A stretch of DNA of 50,987 nucleotides from positions 1 through 50,987 of the forward strand of contig NW_021834348.1 of assembly GCF_006345805.1 (NCBI RefSeq). Reading direction: 5' to 3'. A program made the position numbers and the translations under genes. The notes below the pieces were generated by a model. That model had not been told where the DNA came from and ran no database searches. It worked only from the letters and a program-made list of their open reading frames with translations. The first letter of the stretch is position 1. Each line of letters begins with the position of its first letter. The DNA comes from Octopus sinensis (taxonomy: Eukaryota). This document shows, piece by piece, positions 24,301 to 36,393 of this stretch.

Positions 24301-25134
24301 TTATGCATGTATATATATATCTGGAAGATCCTGGAAGGACTTGTCCCAAACTTTGGCATCAAGAGTTACACAAATACTAGAACTGGGCATCACTGCATAG
24401 TGCCAACGACCCCAAATGCCTGTACATATTACATGTACATCTATATATATACATCTACACATAAAATACAAAATACAAAGTTATATCTTGATATCGCTAG
24501 TGATAACAATACTCAAAATATATAACAGACTGGAATTGTAGGCCCGCCTCTTGCAACTTCGATCAAGTGGATCTTGTCCTCCCTCTTGTATAGAAGTGTA
24601 CAGCTGCAGCGAAATTCATTTTTGGACTTTCTTCTATTGAAGGCATTTTAACAAAAATGCTTCCGTAAAGACGGTGAAAATATTGTCAATTTCCCCAAAC
24701 AGGGACACAATTCAATTTTTAAACAATAACCAAAGCCCCTTCTCCGAAAGGGGGAGGGTTACGGTTTACAATTATTTAACAAATGCAACATAACAACGTT
24801 TCCCTGACGAGGAACCAACGAACGTGATTACAATAGTCAAACAATAATAATAATAACAAAAAACCTTTTTAATTTATCCCCATTTATGTGAAACCACTTA
24901 TTCAAGTTCAAGTCATTGATGCAATTTTATACGAATTGCTAATACACACACACACATAATGAGGGTGAAAAATTGAATATTAATTTGATTAATATGAATT
25001 GAAAACCATTGGTGTAGCATATAAGACCATAGCGGATCTTCTTCTAGCAAAATGGATGTCCACTATTAATGGTTCATCCCTGTTATATAATACTTTCACT
25101 TGAATAGTTTCAGTATTAAAGTGAATGTCTGCAT

Positions 25135-25378
25135 TACAATAGAGAGATGTTTTTGTTTCACTTTTAACACGTAATACCGAAATAGTGGAGAAGATATGAT
25201 ATTGTTGTGGGGTGACCCTAGAGAAAAAGTTAAAATATCTTTTGGCGATGACATTCCCCGGACCTTAAGTAAGGCATGTGTAAAATTTGAATGAAATTGG
25301 TTTTGTAGTTCTCAAGTTTTAGGGAAACACATAGACAGACAGACAGACACACACACACACATTCTCAGTTTTATATAT
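25135..25378 (-). mobile_element. Non-autonomous Helitron/Helentron-like repeat
   Basis: Minus 5' TATATAAAACTGAGAATGTGTG...(TCTG)n, plus a TGTGTAAAATTTGAATGAAATTGG motif. Termini not confirmed. Confidence 0.45.
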
Positions 25379-25382
25379 AATA

Positions 25383-26265
25383 TATAATGTATATATATGT
25401 TTGTGTGTGTTTGTCCCCCCACCATTGCTTGACAACTGATGTCGGTTTGTTTACATCCCCATAACGTAGCAGTTCAGCAAACAGAAACTGATAAATAAGT
25501 ACTAAGTTTTAAAAAAATATATCCTGGGGTCGATTTATTTGACTAAAGGCAGTGCTCCAGCATGGCCGCAGTCAAATGACTGAAACAAATAAAAGAATGT
25601 GTGTGTGTGTCTTGCATGTGGAAAAATCAACAATATATTTACTTACTGAGTAAAAACTATTTCCTTGGCAATTCTTCATTATGAAAGTTTCTTACTTAAT
25701 AACTCGCTGTATTGCGTCTCTTTCCTTCCAAACTACAGTGAAATGGGTTAACAGACAGCTTCTTTTGTTATCTTAAATGTATAGTTGACTGGTAACTTTT
25801 AATCTGAAACACTTGGGCGGATTGCTTTTAACTGTTTGCTTTCTTTTGCTTTAGTATGTATGGGCTTTTTGTGTGTTTGTGTGTTGCCACTGTATAATAG
25901 AAAAGGCGGTACATGGAGGTGTCACACCCAGTGACTGGTGTAATGTCATCATAGTCAACTGCTACAAAAGTACAGGCGACACCTTAAATAGAAAAAATAT
26001 GGAAGTATCAAATTGTTGGATCAGGTGATGAAAGTCACAGAGAGGGTCAAAGCCCAACTTATCAGGGAGAGAGTTATTCTAGATGAGATGCAGTTTGGTT
26101 TTGTGCCAGGGAGAAGCACCAACGATGCTATATTCCTGGTAAAGCAACTGCAGGAGAAATACATAGCCAAAGATAAACCTCTGTACTTGGCTTTTGTTGC
26201 CTTGGGGAAGACTTTTGACAGGATCCCCCGATCCCTTATCTGGTGGTCAATGTGTAAACTAGGAA
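25383..26265. repeat. Inverted duplicate block (SINE 3' half + unique sequence + RTE RT fragment)
   Basis: Reverse complement of 37770-38603. The latter lacks 51 nt (VPGRSTNDAIFLVKQLQ). Confidence 0.92.
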
Positions 26266-26760
26266 TAGACGAGTGTTTGGTGAGAGCTGTATGATCCATG
26301 TACAGGGATACTGTCAATAAGGTGAGGGTTGGCAATGAGTACTGTGAAGAATTCAGGGTACATGTAGGTGTTCACCAAGGATCAGTCCTCAAATCTCTCT
26401 TGTTCATCATAGTCCTCCAGACAATAACAGAGGAATTCAAGACAGCCTACCTCTGGGAGCTCCTCTATGTTGATTACTTTGTTCTTATAGTTGAATCACT
26501 ACCAGAACTAGAGAAGTTTCAGGTGTGGAAGTAAAGTTTAGAACTGAAGGGCTTTAGAGTTAACCTAGCAAAAACCAAAGTTTTACTATGTAGGAAGGCA
26601 GATAAATTACAAATCCCTTCAGGTAGAAGGCCCAACTCGGTTTTTAGATAAAGCATAGACAGAAACTCTGTAAGATATACCAAGTATAAGCTTTGGACGC
26701 ATAAGAGGTGCAGCAATATCAGAGGAAGGTTAACAGGGAAAATAGCTTTCATGGCAGCTA
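25905..26760 (+). mobile_element. RTE RT fragment (decayed)
   Basis: LLDQVMKVTERV, QFGFVPGRST, GVHQGSVL; homologous to 14300-15400. Confidence 0.88.
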
Positions 26761-26769
26761 TTTTCAGCT

Positions 26770-26990
26770 TTGTCCGCCCATGCTCTTTCCAAAACTTGCA
26801 CCATAACACCTTCAAGAGTTTCAGACCCCACTTCTCTGATTTCTCTATTGATGTTCTCCTTCAGTTGCACCAGAGTCTCTGGTTTGTTGACATAAACCCT
26901 CTCTTTCAGATATCCCCACAAGAAAAAATCCAGGCTAGTCAATTCTGGAGCATGTGAATGCCAATTGTTATTGATGTTGTGTAAAATTAT
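26770..26990 (-). mobile_element. Tc1/mariner-family transposase C-terminal remnant
   Basis: WHSHAPELTSLDFFLWGYLKERVYVNKPETLVQLKENI, resembling the WPPRSPDLTPLDFFLWG motif. Confidence 0.8.
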
Positions 26991-27236
26991 TCTCTCTCCA
27001 ATCACTGCCATAGCAACAGCATTGTTTCTCTTGTGGCATGAGCAGTTGCCGCATCTTGCTGGAACCATATGTGAGGTCTACTTTGAATAGTCAGGCGCAA
27101 AAGGTCTCAACCATAGATACCTGAAAGAGAGGTTTTATGTCAACAAACAGGAGACCCTGGTGCAACTGAAGAAGAACATCAATAGAGAAATCAGAAAAGT
27201 GGTGTCTGAAATTCTTGAGAGTGTTACGGTGCATCT

Positions 27237-27343
27237 TTTACCGTTTATTCCTTTGGAATAAAACCATGTTGTCTTCGAAACATATGTCGAATGTAAAGGA
27301 ATTTTATTAACATCTTCGTTCAAGTCCATTTATTTATTTATTC

Positions 27344-27345
<2 letters not shown>
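27237..27345 (+). repeat. 5'-truncated copy of hammerhead-bearing repeat (3' half of ribozyme only)
   Basis: Has TCTTC-GAAAC-ATAT-GTC (27272-27288) but lacks CTGATGA. Confidence 0.8.
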
Positions 27346-27386
<41 letters not shown>

Positions 27387-27414
27387 CATGTATATATATA
27401 CATGTGTATATATA

Positions 27415-27469
<55 letters not shown>

Positions 27470-27599
27470 ATGTGTGTGTGTGTATCCATCTATCTATCTA
27501 TCTATCTTGTCAGGTCGGAAGAGATCAGATGAAAAATGCCTAAAAGGCGATCACCACAACAACCCTCTTCTTTTCAGGCACTGAATTACATCCCTCCTC

Positions 27600-28200
27600 C
27601 CCAAACCTCACCCCACATTACCTTCCTAGTTTTCAGATTTGGCATTGTCAATGTTGGTCCACTGAAAGGTAGGTCTAGTGAGATTGTAGAGAAGCTTGAA
27701 AGAAGACAGGTTGATGTATGCTGCATACAAGATCGAGAGGTGCTTCAGTTAGGGTCCTCACAGGCAAGGCACCTAGATATAAAGTCTTCTGGCTAGGTAA
27801 CATGGATGGTGTAGGGGGTGTAGACATTCTCCTAGTGGAAAAATGGGTGGATAAGGTCATAAAGGTTTTCAAGGTATGCGATAGAGTACTCAAGCTCAGG
27901 TTAGTCCTACAGAACGGCACAGCTACGATTATCTCCGCCTATGCCCCACATGTGGGGTTACCAAATGATCAGAAGGACCCCTTTTATGATACCTTCAACA
28001 GGCTACCTCAAAGACGAGTGGCAAGGACCTCATATTTGTGGGTGGAGACTTTAATGGGCATGTTGGGCAGGAATCGGGTATCTTCACTGGGGTACACTGT
28101 GGCAATGGTATTGGTACCCGAAATGATGAGGGAACCTGACTACTGGAATTCTGTGATGCATGTAACCTTTTAATCTGCAACACTAACTTCAGGAAGCCAG
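27600..28200 (+). mobile_element. RTE AP-endonuclease fragment (decayed)
   Basis: VNVGPLKGRSSEIVE, IISAYAPH, GDFNGHV-like, CNTNFRK. Confidence 0.85.
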
Positions 28201-28409
28201 ACTTTTCTGAATTCTTCCATATTCTCTTCTCTAAGAATCCCCTTGTAAACACACTTATAGAGAGATCGTACAAATGTAAACTCTGGCAGAAACATACATT
28301 TTGCTCATATAAGGTATTTCGCCAGTCATTATAGTTTGAACAATTAGTTTACCTTGCACTTCACTTCAATAGAGGAATCTTTTCCTAAGCCTTTGAACAT
28401 TCTTTTAAT

Positions 28410-28895
28410 CAAGGTACCCCTCCCTCTCTATTTGTTCTCTTATTATTATTCCTTTAACCCTTCTCTTCCTACTATCTGCCTTTGACGTCAAATCTACTAA
28501 CGATTTTTTTAAATACTTAACAACGTTCTGTTTATCATGTAGGCAGCCATCATAATTGTTATAATGTCTTGTTGTTGAGAGAGGATCTCTTTCTTTCCTG
28601 ATGAGAAGATATCATCTTACACCGTTTATTCCTTTGGAATAAAACCATGTTGTCTTCGAAACATATGTCGAAAGTAAAGGAATTTTATTAACATCTTCGT
28701 TCAACTCCATTTATTTATTTATTTATTTATTTATTCATCTATAACACACAAATTACTGCACATTAACTCGGAGTTTCTACCTTTGGAGAGGTCACTTCAA
28801 CCGGGTTTTTGACGTGAATTTGCTACCCTGGTAACGGTCAATTGAATTTTCCATGTTAACAGTAAACATAGGATAATTCATTCACCCATCGAAAT
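28410..28895 (+). mobile_element. ~450-bp Penelope-like/retrozyme-like repeat containing a hammerhead ribozyme
   Basis: Direct homolog at 39905-40350; carries the hammerhead motif. Upstream 28240-28300 weakly resembles a PLE GIY-YIG C-terminus (KCKL..AETYIL). Confidence 0.6.
28587..28681 (+). ncRNA. Type I hammerhead ribozyme (minimal, palindromic loop 3)
   Basis: CTGATGA 28598-28604; stem II GAAGATA/TGTCTTC; GAAA 28658-61; C-ATAT-GTC, predicted cleavage after C28669; stem I CTTTCTTTC/GAAAG(T)AAAG. Confidence 0.85.
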
Positions 28896-28949
28896 ATATA
28901 TATATATAGATCGTACCAATTTACTGGAGTCATTTTTGTTGCTTATTTT

Positions 28950-28954
28950 CAGTA

Positions 28955-29047
<93 letters not shown>

Positions 29048-29075
29048 ATATATATATGTGTGTGTGTGTATATAT
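28950..29075. repeat. (TA)n/(TG)n microsatellite
   Basis: Direct reading. Similar arrays at 27345-27500 and 30465-30650. Confidence 0.95.
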
Positions 29076-29089
29076 CTAAACAGAGAGGG

Positions 29090-29277
29090 AACAAACAAGG
29101 ACAGACAAAGGGATTAAGTCAATTATATCGACCCCAGTGTGTAACTGGTACTTAATTTATCGACCCCGAACGGATAAAAGGCAAAGTCGACCTCGGCGGA
29201 ATTTGAACTCAGAACGTAACGGCAGACGAAATACCGATAAGCATTTCGCCCGGCGGGCTAACGTCTCTGCCAGCTCC
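29090..29277 (-). mobile_element. tRNA-derived SINE
   Basis: GAGCTGGCAGAGACGTTAGC...GAGTTCAAATTCCGCC...GGGGTCGAT. Confidence 0.8.
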
Positions 29278-29752
29278 TTGCTGGCATGCTATATATGAAT
29301 TACCCATGAAATAAGTATCTGACTTAGTAACATACTGATATTAAAAAATATATTTATATCTAAATTAAATATTCTATGGAATGCATGGATGGTTCTTCTT
29401 TTATTATTGAGGCATATTATAATTTTGAAGGACTAAATTGTAGCATAGTTGCTTCCTTCTTGTTTATCTATGTGCTAGTTGTTGCTTGGAATTATGTATG
29501 TGTATAAGTGTATGCATATACATATTACTATGTGTGTATGTGCGATTGATCTGTAGATGCGTGTGTGAATATTGGCGTTCCCTGACTAACCAACCGTATA
29601 ATTTTCTTTTGTGATTTAAATTTCAAACCTATAGCCAATAGAATTAATCTATTTTTTCTTTACCTAGTGGTCAGCATTTCTTAACTCATAGTTATTTCGA
29701 TCTTGTAAGGATGGACTTGGTGCTAACTTAACTGTATCTATTTTTTATTATA

Positions 29753-29791
<39 letters not shown>

Positions 29792-30142
29792 TATTATTAT
29801 TATTAATAGTAATTTTTATTAACTTTTATAGCTTTAGTATCTTATGAACTATACCACGGATTTATTTATTATTTTCCATCTCCATATATGTTAGCCTTTT
29901 TTTTATATATAAAAAACTACTAGCCAAATATGTATAATATCGGTACTTATTGATATTAATATATACACTATTATATATTTTGTTTTATTTTGTTCTGTTT
30001 GCTTCCTTTTTTGTACAAATGTGTAGTATATTATATAAGTGTAGCTTATGATGTATAAGTTTTTATATTTTATTTTTTTATATTTTTATATTTATATGTA
30101 TATGATTGTATAATATTTTTCACTATTATAACAAATTTAATT

Positions 30143-30262
30143 TAATTCTCTGAAGAGGCCGTGGGGCATCCTTGTTAATGCCTCATTTATACCTGCCTTT
30201 ATGGCTTATAGGTTAAATGAGGTATGACTGTCCTCACTGCCGAAACAGCTGTCAGTTTTGAT
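30143..30262 (+). ncRNA. Type I hammerhead ribozyme, second family, extended branched stem II
   Basis: CTGAAGA 30150-56; stem II GGC(C)GTGGGG/CCTCAC(T)GCC; GAAA 30242-45; C-AGCT-GTC, predicted cleavage after C30253; stem I is weak and AT-rich. Confidence 0.75.
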
Positions 30263-30548
30263 TTATTTGCATATTATATTTGAAAAAAATTTTTTACTTA
30301 TATCTCTTTATCTTTTTATCTTTTTACTATTACTGTATATCTCATTTCATTTTATGTATTGCCTTTACTCATATGTAATGGTGTATTAAAGTATGGATTG
30401 AGTATCATCGGATAGTTGATGTTTTACTGATTTAAGTATATTTCTCCATTCTCTAATTTTGTAGTATATATATATATATATATATACAGATATATATATA
30501 TATATATATATATAAACATACATACATACATACATATATATGTATATG

Positions 30549-30599
<51 letters not shown>

Positions 30600-31419
30600 G
30601 CGTGTGTGTATATATATGTATATATATGTGTGTGTATATATATATATATAGCTTCCGCACATGTGTTCCTTGACCATTTCTTCCCCCCCCCTCCCCAAAC
30701 TAACCCTGTCCCTCTCCCTATGTCTTCTATATGCCCCCGTCTTCGATAACCACCATCGCCATATATAAACCAGCGACCGCAAATCGCTAAGCCCACTCGC
30801 TTTCGACTCCACTACGAATGCACAGCTCATGAACGGCTAAAAGTTAAGATTTCTTCTTTCAACCTCGCTCCTACTACCCTCTGCACGTATAATCACTATT
30901 CCTTCAGTTCCTTCAATTTCTCTCTCATATTTTCCTTCAAATTGACTTCTCTGATACTTTCAAACCTACTTTCTTGCTATCACGATTTTTCAGTACCCTC
31001 TATTCATATTTTCTTTCAGTTTTTAACATACCATTCATGTAATGTTTTTCGTTTAGCCTTGTCTCGTCTCCCTATTTGCTCCCATTTCATAGCCACTCAT
31101 CGTCCCCCCTAAAAATTGACTTCTCTGATACTTTCAAACCTACTTTCTTGCTATCACGATTAACAGAATCCTCTTGCTAGTTTGGGGTTGACCCGCCCAC
31201 CCACCCCCTCCACACATGCCGGAAGTTCCTATTCTTTTCATCCCTAGGTTGCTTCCCTTGAAGACTGCAAATGCTCTTTCACCATCCCTACCCCTAGTTT
31301 CGACCTAGGTAAGGTAATGATCATACAGTGCAAAATATGAATGGGTAGTGTTATGCAGGTTGAATTGAAGGCTACTGTATTACTTGCTCATGAATTCTGC
31401 CAAATGCGAGCTTTCTTTT

Positions 31420-32955
31420 CAGGTACATGAAGCTACTGTCCACCGACGCAGGGTCTCTAGGGCCCATACCTCCCACACCCTCAGGGTTGGCACCCTCAAT
31501 GTTGGCACACTGAAAGGTAGGTCTGGCGAGATAGTTGAGATGCTTGAACGGAGACGTGTGGATATATGTTGTATGCAAGAAGTAAGGTGGAGAGGAGGTT
31601 CTGCTAAGTTCCTCACAGGCAAGGAACACAGGTACAAGATTTTCTGGGCAGGGAACACTGACGGGGTTGGAGGCGTGGGTATACTTATCGCTGAGAAATG
31701 GGTAGATAAAGTAATTGAGGTAATCAGAGTATGCGACAGAATACTTAAGATTAGATTAGCGCTTCATCATAGTTTAGCAACCATTATATCAGCCTATGCT
31801 CCTCAGTCGGGGCTACCTGATGGACAGAAAGACCGATTCTATGACACTCTACTGCAGACTACCTCGTTGACGAACGACAGAGACCTTCTCTTTGTGGCTG
31901 GTGACTTCAATGGTCACGTTGGACGACATGCTGGGGGCTTCCACGGCGTACATGGAGGCTATGGCTCTGGTTCCCGCAACGAGGAGGGAACCAGGCTGCT
32001 GGAGTTCTGCGATGCAAATAATCTTATGATTTGCAACACTAACTTCAGGAAACCTACCAGCCACCTAGTCACCTACCGATCGGGCCAACATACCAGCCAA
32101 ATTGACTACATCCTTGCCAGGCAAAGGGAGAGATGGCTACTTATAAATGTCAAAACCTTCCCAGGCGAAGAATGCACCCCACAACATAGACTGGTAGTTA
32201 GTGACTTTAGGATCAGGAGTAGGACAACCAGAAGACGGATCTGAAGAAGAAGGATCTGGAAGCTTAAGGATCCTGTGAATGGACAGAGATTTAGAGACAT
32301 GTTACTTGAAGCCTTTGACGAAGTAGAAGGGGATAGTGTATCACATGGGGTAGAGGACAACTGGACGTTTCTAAGGGACAACCTGCTGAGAGCCACTGAC
32401 CAGATCTGTGGCTGGTGCAAAGTCCCCTCTCGTCCCAAGGTAACGTGGTGGTGGAACAGTGTCGTAGACAGGGCTATTAGAGAAAAGAGACAGACTTGGA
32501 AGCACTGGAAGAATGGTGGTAGCAGGGAATTGTATCAGACTGCTAAAAGGGAAGCTAGGAGACAGGTCTATCTAGCCAGAGGGGAAGCAGATAAGAAAAA
32601 ATTTGCCAATGTTCTGCGCCGTGAGGACCAAAGACTGGAGGTGTTTCGCGTTGCAAGACAGTGTGTGAGAGAGAATTGTGATGTGGTGGGAGAGAAGTGT
32701 GTTCGCATGGAAGATGTGTTCGCATGGAAGATGGTATGTATATCTGTATCTTCCGTGCCGGTGGCACGTAAAAAGCACCCACTACACTCACGGAGTCGTT
32801 GTTTTAGGAAGGGCATCCAGCTGTAGAAACACTGCCAGATCCAGATCAGACTGGAGCCTGGTGCAGCCTCCTGGCTTCCTAGACCCCAGTCGGACCGGCC
32901 AACCCATGCCAGCATGGAAAACGGACGTTAAACAATGATGATGATGATGATGATG
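31420..32955 (+). mobile_element. RTE LINE: APE domain and linker, RT deleted, 3' tail and (GAT)n retained
   Basis: TLNVGTLKGRSGE, CMQEVRW, AYAP, GDFNGH, SQIDYIL, QHRLV. After RMEDG it jumps to the last ~190 nt of the 3' UTR. Confidence 0.92.
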
Positions 32956-32974
32956 TTCATGTGTTGAGATCCTG

Positions 32975-33640
32975 AATTGGGTAGGAGACGTATGACCTCT
33001 GGTCTTAGCCTTGGATGAACCTAATTTGGAGATCGTTTGGACAATGCTGGTGGTATATCCTCCACATTGTGCAAATGATGTACAGCAGTACTGGTGGGAA
33101 CAGAGTTTCAATGCCTTAAGGCGGTTCCAATAATTAAGATCGGTCATTTCCTTAATTCTTTCAGTGAATGTCCTCTGGGGTAATTCAGTTTTCAAAATGT
33201 TTTTTTGTGTGGGAAGACCACAGTGGGCAGCAATATTCTAGGTGTGGGCGTACTAAGAAAGAAAACAGAGGAATGATGACACCTTCTTCTCTGGATTGGA
33301 AGGTTCTTAGGATCCAGGAGCTCTTCCTACGAACTATATCAACCTTATTGTTGATGTGGGCACTCCAGCTGAGATTGTTGTCTGATATTAGTTTCTGTCA
33401 ATGATTCCCCTGAAGGAAGGGAATATGATTGCTTTAGCAGGATCTTTCTTCCAAAATGCATCAGTTCAAATTTTGCCTCATTTAATCGCATTTTGTTTTT
33501 GTCTGCCCATTGACTTACAGCGTGTAGATCGGACTGGAGTTCAGTTCGGTCTTCTCTGTTGATAATCCTGTGGAGCTTGGAGTCATCGGTGAATATTTTC
33601 GCTTTGCTGTGTTTGATGACGCTTGAAATGTTGTTACTCT
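32975..33640 (-). mobile_element. CR1/L2-type LINE RT 3' fragment
   Basis: LQSDLHAVSQWADKNKMRLNEAKF, WILRTFQSR, LVRPHLEYCCPLWS, YWNRLKAL. Confidence 0.82.
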
Positions 33641-33811
33641 AATTCAGTTCTGACTAGGTATCGAACTGAGTTTGGTGACTTTTGCTTTGTTTAGTAAATG
33701 TATTTGTATTTTGTTAATTTGTACAAATATTGGTTCTTATTTGCATACTGCTCTGCTTTGAACGTGGATTTTTGGGTTCTGCTTTAATCAGCGTGTATTT
33801 TTGAGAATGTG

Positions 33812-34110
33812 GAGGTGCAATGGCCCAATGGTTAGGGCAGCGGACTCGCGGAATCAGAGGATCGCGGTTTCAATTCCCAGACCAGGCGTTGTGTGTGTTT
33901 ATTGAGCAAAAACACCTAAAAGCTCCACGAGGCTCCAGCAGGGGGTGGTGCCGACCCCTGTTGTACTCTTTCGCCCCAACTTTCTCTCACTCTCTCTTCT
34001 TGTTTCTTGAGTAACACTGCGATGGACTGGTGTCCCATCCAGCTTGGGGGAACTCATACACCACAGAAACCGGGCCCATGAGCCTGGCTAGGCTTGAAAA
34101 AAATGACGTT
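33812..34110 (+). mobile_element. tRNA-derived SINE (different family)
   Basis: A box TGGCCCAATGG and B box GGTTTCAATTCCC, followed by a non-tRNA body. Confidence 0.75.
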
Positions 34111-34194
34111 TATCATTTTTTTATCGTATTTTTGAGAATATATTGCTCACACATTCACTCTGTTATTGCTGGACAAGTTTTCACGTGGATAATC

Positions 34195-34670
34195 ATCACC
34201 ATCATTATCATCGTTTAATGTCCGTTTTCCATGCTAGCATGGGTTGGACGGTTCGACCGGGGTCTGGTAAGCCATGGAGGCTGCACTAGATTCCAGTCTG
34301 ATCTGGCAGTGTTTCTACAGCTGCATGCCCTTCCTAATGCCAACCACTCTGTGAGTGTAGTGGGTGTTTTTTACGTGCTACCGACACAGGGGCCAGAGCA
34401 GGCTGGCAAACGGCCACGATCGGTTGGTGCTTTTACGTATCACCGACACGGACGCCAGTCAGGCGGTGCTGGCGTCTGCCACGTACGGACGGTGCTTTTT
34501 ACGTGTCACCGGTATGGGTGTCTTAACTACAATTTCCATTTGATTTTTATCAGGCATCTGCCACGTTCGGACGGTGCTTTTTACGTGTCACCCGCACGGG
34601 TGTTTTAACTACAATTTCCATTTGATTTTTATTTTGATGTTGACGTACTTGACTCAATAGGTCTCCTCAA
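34195..34670 (-). mobile_element. RTE 3' tail fragment
   Basis: (CAT)n-CGTTTAATGTCCGTTTTCCATGCTAGC terminus and GGTGCTTTTTACGTG repeats. Confidence 0.8.
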
Positions 34671-36393
34671 AAACATAACACGTACATACATACAACAGCA
34701 GAATCAATGTAAATATTTGAGCTCCATTGGTGATATGAATATATTAAAGTGGCTGGTTTGTCCTTTGTGTGTGAAGTCTATGCAGTCATGTGACGAAAAC
34801 AGTTTCTTTGCAGTGGTGTAATATTTTCATTAATCAATTAAAAGAGTCACTTGAAACAGCCATATTGAATTTACACCTGTAACTCATTTATATCATATTA
34901 CCTACCCTTGAATCTGCACTTTGGAAATGTTATAGAAAGTATTTTTGTATTGTTATACAAAGTACAAGTCTGAATAACTGAGAGCGGATCCCTTCACTAA
35001 GTTGGGTTGTGTTATCTGCATTATGCTGCAAGAATATCAAGTGCAAATACTTTACTTCTGTACAGAGTTTGGTATTCACCTGATATTGTTTGGATGTGCA
35101 AATTAGATCAATCTAACAAGGTGCCTCAGTTTAAGTACCTAATTCAACCGAATCTTAAATACACACACACACACACACATATAGATGGCCATGGTCACCA
35201 TTATGGATAGTGGTCTGTGGTGCATATCGTGTGACCATCTAATATCGACTCATATCAGAAGGCTGAAATAATACATACTACATGTCTATGCTATGTATGT
35301 ATGTGTGTATATATGAACGTTGAGCAAAAAATATTTGACAGTCAAAAAAATACATGAACAAAATATTTAACAATCAAAAACAGGAACAGTGTGAAAAAAC
35401 AAAAGTGTCCTGAAAAGTGAAAACATGCGAAAACTATGTAAAGCCAGTCTTTTGAAATTTAAAAACACACAAATAGTTCATTGTGTAGAGTTCACTTTGA
35501 TATGAACTGTAGTGAATATGAAAGATGGACGTGGTGAATATGGAAGGTGCCAGAATCCAAAATGGCACAGTAGAAGACAGGTGTTGCCTGAACAAAGGCG
35601 TCAAAAGATGGAATGTTGTTCGAAGATTTGCAGGAGCAACAGGGCATCTAGTTGAGAGGTACTATTGAGTGGCATTACTTGAAAATGCTGTCATGAAATC
35701 AAAGCTGTGAGCAAGAATGACCAAAAGATGCTTTGTAAATGAAGATAAGCCAGAACTGCCCCCATTTTCCGGCCGAGAGTAGTGGAGAGCTGACGAAGAA
35801 TGCTGAACTGTGAACAAGAAGGCATCAAGAAATGTTATGTACTCACTGGAAATGTAACCGTGAATTTTACTACTATTTTCAGCAAGTAGATGACACTGTG
35901 TAAGAGTGAACTGATGTTTCATGAAACATGAAGAAAACTGCTCAAAAAGTTGTTAGGATGAAATAACTGTGAAGTTTTTTGTGTGAAGGTCTCAGCCACA
36001 AAGAAGTCTTTAGTTGTAGGCTCTGGAAGTCACTGACAAAATGAAAAACTTCAACGTAGAAAAATTTTTGTAGCTTTCCACTTGTGATGGATGATAATGT
36101 AGAGGCAATCCTGAAGTTGAATGTCGCAAAGCACACAAATTCAATGGCTGTTGAAACGAAGACTGTAGATCTTTTAGCTCGGGGTACCAATTTGTAAAGG
36201 ACCATGTGATGCGAGATAACGAGAGTTGATGTTGGACAACACACAGTCCTTACAATATATGTTAGATGGAATGCATTTCTAAGTCGGATCCGTGTTCCAA
36301 ATCAGGGTCACCATTATAGATAGGGGCCCATGGCGCATGTTGTGTGACCATCTAATACCGACTCATATCAGAAAGTTGAAATAATACATATAA

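Noticed and set aside
24805-24835. CTGACGAG as another hammerhead
   Set aside because: No GAAA after a credible stem II (reads GAAC), and no stem I/III pairing.
31309-31422. 114-nt GTAAGG...TTCTTTTCAG intron before the RTE ORF
   Set aside because: The TTCTTTTCAG motif also occurs in the other RTE copy (~27575), so it is probably element sequence; no supporting upstream exon.
33812-33890. tRNA gene
   Set aside because: A/B boxes are present, but there is no full cloverleaf or T-run terminator, and it continues into a SINE body.
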